DNA of 64,000 nt from an uncultured Flavobacteriales bacterium (GTDB lineage Bacteria > Bacteroidota > Bacteroidia > Flavobacteriales > BACL11). The stretch lies in contig CAJWCP010000001.1 of assembly GCA_913031595.1 (NCBI GenBank), positions 4,782 through 68,781 of the forward strand, given 5' to 3'. The translations under genes were made by a program, and so were the position numbers. The notes under the pieces were generated by a model that worked only from the letters and a program-made list of their open reading frames with translations, ran no database searches and had not been told where the DNA came from. Positions 57,097 through 64,000 of this stretch are shown one piece after another (within the stretch, counting starts at the first letter, position 1; the number at the start of each line of letters is the position of its first letter).

Positions 57097-57507
57097 TTAA
57101 AACCATTTTTTTTTAGTTCGATATACTTCACCTTTAAAGTGAGCAATCTCTATTTTATTTTGATTCGTTATCTTAATTTGATAGGTCGCATTTTTATCAT
57201 CTTTTCTTATTTCTTGTGTTTCAGCAGTTAAAGTGTCTCCTATCATTACTTTTTTTGTGTGAGAAATAGAAGTGTTAATAGATAAAGATTGTCTTCCGTC
57301 TGAATTTGCAGCAAATGCTAATGCACTATCTGCTAATGAGTATGCAATTCCTCCATGTGCAATTCTAAATCCATTTGTCATATCTTCTCTTATAGTCATT
57401 GTTAGTTTACAATATCCCTTAGAAACATTCACAACTTTAATACCTAACCAATTACTAAATGCATCACCATTTATCATTTTATTTACAACTTTCTCAGCTA
57501 GTTCCAT
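57097..57507 (-). CDS. paaI: Hydroxyphenylacetyl-CoA thioesterase PaaI
   Basis: 136 aa hotdog thioesterase with HGGIAYSLADSA motif. Confidence 0.8.
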   Translation of the reverse strand: MELAEKVVNKMINGDAFSNWLGIKVVNVSKGYCKLTMTIREDMTNGFRIAHGGIAYSLADSALAFAANSDGRQSLSINTSISHTKKVMIGDTLTAETQEIRKDDKNATYQIKITNQNKIEIAHFKGEVYRTKKKWF

Positions 57508-58661
57508 TAATAGAATGTTTTGTTTTCTTTTATCATTCTTCTTAAGATAGGGGAAGGTCTATATCTTTCTTCTCCATATTCTGCTTGTAACTCTTCTAAT
57601 TGCGTTAATACATTTTTAATTCCTATTTCATCAGCCCAAACCAATAACCCTTTTGGATAGTTTACTCCTTTAGTCATAGCAAGGTCAATGTCTTCTTTTG
57701 TTGCAATCTTTAAGAAAAATGCATCAGCAGCTTCGTTAATTAGCATGCATAATATTCTCCATAATATTATTTTTCCTAAATCTCTATCTTCATTTGCTAA
57801 TGGACGTTCTTCTGTTGTGTAATCATAATATCCTTTTCCAGATTTTCTTCCAAGATATCCTGCTTCCATCATTCTTTTTTGAGTAAATGAAGGTTTATAT
57901 CTGGAGTCAAAATAGAAAGTTGTAAACACTGTTTCGGTCACCATATAATTCACATCATTTCCTATATAATCCATTAGTTCGAAAGGTCCCATACGAAACC
58001 CTCCAATTTCACGCATGGCCCAGTCAATAGTCGCAAAATCAGCAATTCCCTCTTCATAGATTCTTAGAGCTTCTCCATAGAATGGTCTTGCTACACGATT
58101 TACAATAAAGCCTGGAGTATCTTTAGCAATGACTGTGATTTTATTCCATGAGTCAATTATTGATCTAGCAGTATTTAATGTTTCTGTAGTTGTTTGTACA
58201 GCAGGAATGATTTCTACTAAAGGCATTAATGGTGCTGGATTAAAGAAATGAATTCCAATAACTCTTCCTGATTTTTTGCAAGCAGCTGCAATAGACGCGA
58301 TTGATAGAGAGGAAGTGTTAGATGCAATAATACAATCCTTGTCAATAATTCTTTCGATTTTAGAAAATAAATCTTGTTTTATATTTAGATCTTCAATAAT
58401 TGCTTCAATAACTAATACGCTTTCTTGTATATCCTCTAGATCTGTTGTAAAATTAATCCTTGAATTAATATTTTCTTTCTCTTGTTGAGAGATTCTTTCT
58501 TTTTCTACTAGTCTATTTAAGATTTTTTCAATCTTATGCTTAGAATTTTTAATAGCTTCATTAGAGGAATCGTAAAGACATACTTCATGTCCATATGTGG
58601 CAGCAATTTGTGCGATTCCTGTTCCCATTGTCCCTGAACCAACAATACTTATTTTTTTCAT
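57507..58661 (-). CDS. paaH: 3-hydroxyadipyl-CoA (3-hydroxyacyl-CoA) dehydrogenase
   Basis: 384 aa with NAD-binding IVGSGTMGTGIA and a 3HCDH C-terminal domain. Confidence 0.8.
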   Translation of the reverse strand: MKKISIVGSGTMGTGIAQIAATYGHEVCLYDSSNEAIKNSKHKIEKILNRLVEKERISQQEKENINSRINFTTDLEDIQESVLVIEAIIEDLNIKQDLFSKIERIIDKDCIIASNTSSLSIASIAAACKKSGRVIGIHFFNPAPLMPLVEIIPAVQTTTETLNTARSIIDSWNKITVIAKDTPGFIVNRVARPFYGEALRIYEEGIADFATIDWAMREIGGFRMGPFELMDYIGNDVNYMVTETVFTTFYFDSRYKPSFTQKRMMEAGYLGRKSGKGYYDYTTEERPLANEDRDLGKIILWRILCMLINEAADAFFLKIATKEDIDLAMTKGVNYPKGLLVWADEIGIKNVLTQLEELQAEYGEERYRPSPILRRMIKENKTFY

Positions 58662-59431
58662 TATTTTCCTTTAAATTCTGGCTTTCTTTTTTCTAAAAAA
58701 GCTTCTACACCTTCTTGATAATCAACAGTATTTCCTGCTATAGTCTGATAATCTCTTTCCATATTTAACTGTTCTCCTAGATTATTGCTATAAGAGGAAT
58801 TTAATAATCTTTTAGTAAGACCTAAACCTTTGGTTGCCATCTCAGCTAATTTTTTAGCTAGTTTTAAACTCTCTTGTTCAAATGATTCGTTTGAGAACAC
58901 TTTATAAATCATGCCTATTTTTTCAGCCTCCATTGCAGATATTGGTTCACCTGTCATCATGAGTCCTGTTGCTTTTTGCATGCCAATTAATCTTGGTAAG
59001 AAGAACGTTGCTCCACTATCTGGGATTAATCCAATTTTACTAAATGCTTGTATAAATGATGCATTTTCACATGCTATTACAATATCACAGCATAGAGCAA
59101 GGCTTGCACCAGCTCCTGCAGCAACTCCATTTACAGCTGCTATTACTGGTTTTTCTATACTTCTTATTTGTTTAATAATAGGATTGTAATGTTCTTCCAC
59201 AATTTCTGTTAAGGAAGGTCCTTCTTTTTGTGTGGCTTCTATTAAATCTTGACCTGCACAGAATGCTTTTCCAGTTGCTGTTATTAGTATAGATCTAATC
59301 TCTTCATCATTTTTACATTGACTTAAAACCTTTTGAAGATTTAATGCCATTTCTCTTACAAAAGAGTGATATTTTTCCGGACGATTTAAGTGTATTATAC
59401 CTACTCCTTCTGATATTTTAAATTGTATCAT
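58661..59431 (-). CDS. paaG: Crotonase-family 1,2-epoxyphenylacetyl-CoA isomerase
   Basis: 256 aa with FCAGQDL and NGVAAGAGASLAL crotonase motifs. It is positioned after paaABCD. Confidence 0.75.
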   Translation of the reverse strand: MIQFKISEGVGIIHLNRPEKYHSFVREMALNLQKVLSQCKNDEEIRSILITATGKAFCAGQDLIEATQKEGPSLTEIVEEHYNPIIKQIRSIEKPVIAAVNGVAAGAGASLALCCDIVIACENASFIQAFSKIGLIPDSGATFFLPRLIGMQKATGLMMTGEPISAMEAEKIGMIYKVFSNESFEQESLKLAKKLAEMATKGLGLTKRLLNSSYSNNLGEQLNMERDYQTIAGNTVDYQEGVEAFLEKRKPEFKGK

Positions 59432-59473
59432 TTTTTTCAGATTATTAGAGTGCTAAAATACGAAAAATAAATC

Positions 59474-59926
59474 TTAGATACATTTAAAAGCCTCGAAGGG
59501 CTCTAAACAATCTGAGCACTTGTAAAAGGCTTTACAAGCGGTTGCTCCAAACTCACTTATTAGTGTAGTGTTTTTAGAATTACATTGTGGACATATTACT
59601 ATTTTAGAAGGAGGTGCTATTCCGTAATTGTTAAGTTTTTCTTTTGTTTCTTTACTCATCCAATCTGTAGTCCAGGCAGGAGCGTAAACTAGCTTAATTT
59701 TAAAGTTTCTGAATCCATTTTCTTTAAGACATTTTTTGATATCATTAGTAAATGCTGTTACCGCAGGGCATCCAGAGTACGTGGGAGTTATTGATATAGT
59801 ATATAAATTGTCTTTCAGATTCACATCTCTTACTACACCTAATTCAACTATTGATATTACTGGAATTTCTGGATCAGGTATTGTATTAAGTAATTGCCAG
59901 ATATGTTTTATATTACCATTTTGCAT
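59474..59926 (-). CDS. paaD: 1,2-phenylacetyl-CoA epoxidase subunit PaaD
   Basis: The start is placed at MQNGNIKHIWQLLNTIPDPEIPVISI. It has a SUF/MIP18-like domain and a C-terminal Cys cluster (CPQC...CKAFYKCSDC). Confidence 0.8.
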   Translation of the reverse strand: MQNGNIKHIWQLLNTIPDPEIPVISIVELGVVRDVNLKDNLYTISITPTYSGCPAVTAFTNDIKKCLKENGFRNFKIKLVYAPAWTTDWMSKETKEKLNNYGIAPPSKIVICPQCNSKNTTLISEFGATACKAFYKCSDCLEPFEAFKCI

Positions 59927-60659
59927 TTGGGTATGCTCTTTGTAGAAATTGCATTTCAGCAAGTAGAAAGCCAAGACATTCCGTATGGATTCCTTTTTTT
60001 CCGCCACTTGCCATATATCCATCTTCTGGTCTATTTAATTTGGCAGTTTTTAAAGTACTATCTATCATTTCATTCCATTTAGGTCTGAGTTTACTTACAT
60101 CGATTGCAATATTTTTTTTCATTAGTTCAGTGTCAATTGTATCCATTTCAAATAGCTCACCAGTATATTGCCATAACTCTTCTAATGCATCTTGTACCTT
60201 TTTATTGCTTTCATCCGTACCGTCTCCAAGACGGATTAACCAGTTTTTAGAATGCCTTAAATGATATTTCACTTCTTTTATAGATTTAGCAGCTAATGCT
60301 GATATTCTTTCATCACTACTATTAGCAAGCTCAGTATAAAATAAGAAAATAAAAGAGTCATATAGAAAGTTTCTTACTATAGTCTTGCCAAAATTGCCAT
60401 TTGTTTGTTCTACTAGTTGGTAGTTGAAGAACTCTCGTTCATTTCTAGTAAAGGCTAGTTCATCAGCTGATTTCTCTCCATTTATTTGGGCCGCATATTC
60501 ATAAAACCCATTTGCCTGGCCAAATAAGTCTAGAGATATATTAGAAAGAGCAATATCTTCTTCTAATGTAGGTCCGTTAGAACACCATTCAGCCATTCTT
60601 TGACCTAATATTAGTGCACTATCAGCTATTCTTATGGTATAGGTAAATAAATTCGACAT
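59913..60659 (-). CDS. paaC: 1,2-phenylacetyl-CoA epoxidase subunit PaaC
   Basis: 248 aa ferritin-like helical protein lying between paaB and paaD. Confidence 0.8.
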   Translation of the reverse strand: MSNLFTYTIRIADSALILGQRMAEWCSNGPTLEEDIALSNISLDLFGQANGFYEYAAQINGEKSADELAFTRNEREFFNYQLVEQTNGNFGKTIVRNFLYDSFIFLFYTELANSSDERISALAAKSIKEVKYHLRHSKNWLIRLGDGTDESNKKVQDALEELWQYTGELFEMDTIDTELMKKNIAIDVSKLRPKWNEMIDSTLKTAKLNRPEDGYMASGGKKGIHTECLGFLLAEMQFLQRAYPNAKW

Positions 60660-60943
60660 TAGATATGTTTTGCACCATCTGGCATGTTATAAAAGGTAGG
60701 GTGTCTATATATTTTATCATTTGAGGGGTCAAAGAAAGCCTCACTATCTTCACTTTCAGAAGAGACAATATCTTTTGCTTTAACAACCCATATGCATGAG
60801 CCTTCATTTCTTCTAGTGTATAGATCTCTGGCATTTTCTAAGGCCATTACTTTGTCAGTTGCATGTACATTTCCTACATGTTTATGTGCTAATCCATTTT
60901 TACTTTGAATAAACACTTCCCAGACTATTGTGTTTTCTCCCAT
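60659..60943 (-). CDS. paaB: 1,2-phenylacetyl-CoA epoxidase subunit PaaB
   Basis: 94 aa with WEVF...HVGNVHA...ALENARDLYTRR, typical of PaaB. Confidence 0.9.
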   Translation of the reverse strand: MGENTIVWEVFIQSKNGLAHKHVGNVHATDKVMALENARDLYTRRNEGSCIWVVKAKDIVSSESEDSEAFFDPSNDKIYRHPTFYNMPDGAKHI

Positions 60944-60947
60944 AATA

Positions 60948-61874
60948 TTATGATTTTAATATTTTTTCTTGTTTTTGAGCGTATGCTTGTGATGCATTAC
61001 GAACCCATTTTCCATTATCATGAGCTCTTTTATGATGCGCTAATCTTTGTTTATTGCATGGGCCATGACCATTTACAACATTCCAAAATTCTTCCCAATC
61101 CATTTCCCCAAAATCATAATGTCCTCTTTTTTCATTCCATTTAAGTTCAGGGTCAGGAATTGTTAGCCCTATTACTTCAGCTTGTGGTACTGTTTTATCA
61201 ATAAAACTTTGTCGTAACTCATCATTGGTTTGTCTTTTTATTTTCCATTTCATTGCATTCCCAGTTCTTGGAGAATCTGAGTCTTGAGGTCCAAACATCA
61301 TAATAGAAGGCCACCAGAATCTATTTAATGCATCTTGAGCCATTTCTTTTTGTTCAGGAGTTCCTTTAGCCATTTCTGCCATGATTTCATATCCTTGCCT
61401 TTGATGAAAGCTTTCTTCTTTACATATTTTTATCATACCTCTAGAGTATGGCCCGTAAGATGTTCTTTGTAAGGATACTTGATTTACAATAGCTGCCCCA
61501 TCAACAAGCCATCCTATTGCTCCCATATCAGCCCAGCTTAGTGCAGGGTAATTAAAGATAGATGAGTATTTAGCATTCCCATCATGTAATTGTTGAATCA
61601 ATTCATCTCTAGTTACTCCAAGTGTTTCACAAGCAGAGTATAAGTATAAACCATGTCCTGCTTCATCTTGCACTTTAGCTAGTAGTATCATTTTTGCTCT
61701 TAAAGAGGGAGCTCTTGTTATCCAGTTTCCTTCTGGCTGCATCCCTATAATTTCAGAATGTGCATGTTGAGAGATTTGTCTGACAAGGTGTCTTCTATAA
61801 CCTTCAGGCATCCAATCTTTTGGTTCAATTTTTTTTTCTGCGTCTATCTTTTCTTGGAATATTTTATCTGACAT
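60948..61874 (-). CDS. paaA: 1,2-phenylacetyl-CoA epoxidase catalytic subunit PaaA
   Basis: 308 aa di-iron ferritin-like oxygenase with EExGH-type motifs ([17 protein letters not shown]). Confidence 0.9.
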   Translation of the reverse strand: MSDKIFQEKIDAEKKIEPKDWMPEGYRRHLVRQISQHAHSEIIGMQPEGNWITRAPSLRAKMILLAKVQDEAGHGLYLYSACETLGVTRDELIQQLHDGNAKYSSIFNYPALSWADMGAIGWLVDGAAIVNQVSLQRTSYGPYSRGMIKICKEESFHQRQGYEIMAEMAKGTPEQKEMAQDALNRFWWPSIMMFGPQDSDSPRTGNAMKWKIKRQTNDELRQSFIDKTVPQAEVIGLTIPDPELKWNEKRGHYDFGEMDWEEFWNVVNGHGPCNKQRLAHHKRAHDNGKWVRNASQAYAQKQEKILKS

Positions 61875-61891
61875 GTTATATTTTATACTTG

Positions 61892-61971
61892 CAAATTTAT
61901 GAATTTATGTCATCTAAATAATGATCTTTAGTGTAATATAATGACCTTTATTTGTTAAAATGGTATTTTTG
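61892..61971. promoter_or_regulatory. Divergent paaA / paaE promoter region with two direct 13-nt repeats
   Basis: The paaA -7 box TAAATTTG (reverse complement of 61892-61899) and the paaE -7 box TATTTTTG (61964-61971) each lie 17 nt from their ATG. Repeats ATAATGATCTTTA (61918-61930) and ATAATGACCTTTA (61938-61950) lie between them. Confidence 0.45.
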
Positions 61972-61988
61972 CAAAAAAAATATTATAA

Positions 61989-63044
61989 ATGAGTAAATTT
62001 TATTCCTTAAAGGTGCAGGGCATCAAATCTTTGACCTCAGATTCAGTTCAAATAACTTTTAATAATGAATATCCTGATTTATTTAATTTTAAAGCTGGTC
62101 AGTATATTACCTTACGGAAAGATATTAATGGTCAAGATGTAAGAAGATCATATTCGCTTTCTTCCTCTCCAAATGAAGGTCTTCAAATTGGAGTAAAGCG
62201 TATAGAGAATGGTTTGATGTCTACTTTTCTTACCAAAGATTTAAAGGTAGGTGATGTTCTAGATGTTATGCTACCAATGGGTAATTTCTTTTTAGATGAG
62301 AATAATGAGGGTAAACATTATGTAGCTATTTGTGCTGGTAGTGGAATCACTCCTATCTTATCGATGATTAAATACATTGTTGAACAAGATTCCGAAAGTT
62401 ATTTTACGCTTATATATGGTAATCGTTCTAGGAATAGTATTATGTTTGCTCAAGAACTGCAAGATCTAGAAAAAAACTATCAAAGTCAGCTATTTGTTCA
62501 TTATGTATTCTCTAGAGAAGAAGTAGAGAATTTTCTTTATGGTAGGGTCGATGAAAATATCTTAAAAGATTTATTTCAAACTAATAAAGAGTTAGGAAAT
62601 GCTAATTCTTATTTTTTATGTGGTCCAGGGCAAATGATTGATAATGTTAATGATTTCTTACTTAATTTAGGAATTGAAAAGGATAATGTATTCTTTGAAA
62701 GGTTTACATCTAATAATATTGAAAAGAGTGAAGTAAGTGATATAAAAGATAATAATGATGTAAATTCTAATGTTTTGGTATTTGTTGATGGAGATGAATT
62801 TGAATTCCAATTATCATCTAAAGGCAAATCAATATTAGATGCTGCGATGGATGAAGGAGCTGATGTTCCTTTTTCATGTAAAGGAGGCGTTTGTTGTGTA
62901 TGTAAAGCTAAAGTGATTAAAGGAGAAGTGAAAATGGATCAGAATTTCTCACTTTCTGAGGATGAACTTAAAGATGGTTATATACTGTCTTGTCAGTCTC
63001 ATCCAGTTTCAGAAGATGTAGAGATTGATTTTGATGTTATTTAG
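61989..63044 (+). CDS. paaE: 1,2-phenylacetyl-CoA epoxidase reductase subunit PaaE (FNR-like + plant-type 2Fe-2S)
   Basis: 351 aa with FAD-binding RRSYSLSS, NAD-binding CAGSGITP and a C-terminal ferredoxin Cys pattern (CKGGVCCVC...C). Confidence 0.85.
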   Translation: MSKFYSLKVQGIKSLTSDSVQITFNNEYPDLFNFKAGQYITLRKDINGQDVRRSYSLSSSPNEGLQIGVKRIENGLMSTFLTKDLKVGDVLDVMLPMGNFFLDENNEGKHYVAICAGSGITPILSMIKYIVEQDSESYFTLIYGNRSRNSIMFAQELQDLEKNYQSQLFVHYVFSREEVENFLYGRVDENILKDLFQTNKELGNANSYFLCGPGQMIDNVNDFLLNLGIEKDNVFFERFTSNNIEKSEVSDIKDNNDVNSNVLVFVDGDEFEFQLSSKGKSILDAAMDEGADVPFSCKGGVCCVCKAKVIKGEVKMDQNFSLSEDELKDGYILSCQSHPVSEDVEIDFDVI

Positions 63045-63642
63045 TTTCTTTCTCGAATGCTTTAATTAATAGTAGTACAATAATTATTTCAATAAAACAT
63101 AAGAGAAAGTGTATGTAAAATACCTTTGGCGCATTTTCTGTAATTTCAAATAGATTCTCTAATATATTATAAAACAATATTGAAATTATCATGCCGGATA
63201 TTATTCCAACTTGTTTTATCATATCTATTTTTGAAAGTGTTTCAGTTTTTTTGATAAATATTGTTTCTGCTCTACCTAGAAAATCTCCAAATAAGAACGT
63301 GATATGCCTAGCAATATAGATTATTAATGCAATTTGGTATGAATTTTGAAATTTATTTCCTGAAGACCATGGATCTATTAAAAATAGAGTTATCCATATC
63401 AACATTATTAACTCTACTAACAGAGAGAATCTGTAGAAGTAATCGATCTTCATAATCTTTTTATATAACATTGCAATAGGAATCGCTAGCAGACTAAATA
63501 TTATGCCTATTACAGGAAAATCTTCTATTTTTAAAGGTTCATATTGTGTTACATATGATCCAACTGCTATGCCAAAAAAAATAGAGTTAAAAAATTTATA
63601 ACAAATAAATGTTTTATGATTTATTCTTAATGTGTTTTGCAT
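63037..63642 (-). CDS. Hypothetical integral membrane protein
   Basis: 201 aa with ~6 hydrophobic helices. It is convergent with paaE and overlaps it by 8 nt. No family recognised. Confidence 0.4.
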   Translation of the reverse strand: MQNTLRINHKTFICYKFFNSIFFGIAVGSYVTQYEPLKIEDFPVIGIIFSLLAIPIAMLYKKIMKIDYFYRFSLLVELIMLIWITLFLIDPWSSGNKFQNSYQIALIIYIARHITFLFGDFLGRAETIFIKKTETLSKIDMIKQVGIISGMIISILFYNILENLFEITENAPKVFYIHFLLCFIEIIIVLLLIKAFEKETK

Positions 63643-63654
63643 TTAATGGATAGA

Positions 63655-64000
63655 TTAATAATAAGTTAATCTACGCACTTTAGCAATTTGTTTTGCTAAT
63701 CGAATTACTTGTTTAGTATACCCAAACTCATTATCGTACCAAACATAAATTACGATATTTTCTCCATTATCTGATGAAATTGTAGCTTGGCTATCAAAAA
63801 CAGAGCAGCAGCTATTGCCTATAATATCAGAAGAAACTAATTCTGGATCTACTTGATAATTAATTTGATTGACTAATCTACCCTTCAAAGCACCTTCTTT
63901 TATTGCTTTATTTAAATTTTCTTTTGTCGCTTTTTTATTAATTTTCAGTTTAAGAATTGCAAGAGATACGTTTGGAGTTGGTACTCTGACCGCATTTGCG
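63655..64000 (-). CDS. gap: Glyceraldehyde-3-phosphate dehydrogenase, C-terminal part (gene runs off the window)
   Basis: The reading frame is open to the window edge: ANAVRVPTPNVSLAILKL...VWYDNEFGYTKQVIRL. The ORF-track TTG start at 63888 is internal. Confidence 0.85.
   Translation of the reverse strand, partial: ANAVRVPTPNVSLAILKLKINKKATKENLNKAIKEGALKGRLVNQINYQVDPELVSSDIIGNSCCSVFDSQATISSDNGENIVIYVWYDNEFGYTKQVIRLAKQIAKVRRLTYY

Noticed and set aside
60622-60834. A 70-aa ORF overlapping the paaB/paaC junction in another frame.
   Set aside because: It overlaps two well-supported paa genes, and no motif supports it.
1-64000. A search for CRISPR arrays, IS elements or transposases, integrases, prophage genes, toxin-antitoxin pairs, tRNA genes and rRNA genes.
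   Set aside because: I found no repeat-spacer periodicity, no recombinase or transposase motifs (DDE, or Tyr/Ser recombinase), and no tRNA-like GC-rich cloverleaf segments in any intergenic gap. All gaps longer than 100 nt were read on both strands.

Overview
This is a visibly AT-rich, gene-dense window (about 62 protein genes). I recognised no rRNA, tRNA, CRISPR array, transposase or integrase by eye. The content points to Bacteroidota, probably Flavobacteriia. The evidence is porT and porX orthologues, a canonical T9SS C-terminal domain, many lipoproteins, TonB-dependent receptors, adjacent lpxC and fabZ, and the TAnnTTTG -7 promoter motif in front of most transcription units.

Coordinates 1-30 kb are housekeeping: ubiE-porT, serA-serC-efp-lpxA-fabZ-lpxC-lpxD, porX-tsaE-ald, and rsfS-ftsH-cdsA-psd. 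Coordinates 31-46 kb are an accessory block for surface and uptake functions. It holds a DUF4856-like/imelysin-like/TBDR cluster, a TolB-like propeller, an M28-PDZ peptidase, and then a cupredoxin/HmuY-like/TBDR/HmuY-like operon followed by a secreted Kelch protein. Coordinates 48-63 kb are a long phenylacetate (paa) catabolic operon with divergent paaE. It is interrupted by genes for a secreted arylsulfotransferase-like propeller and two lipoproteins.

The best candidates for something undescribed are:
- the operon led by the secreted blue-copper protein;
- a compact C-terminal tag of about 36 aa shared by three modular secreted proteins;
- a monocistronic Cys/Lys-rich secreted protein;
- a lipoprotein-anchored TonB-C protein;
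- the exported genes embedded in the paa operon.

All family calls come from motif recognition by eye. No searches were run.
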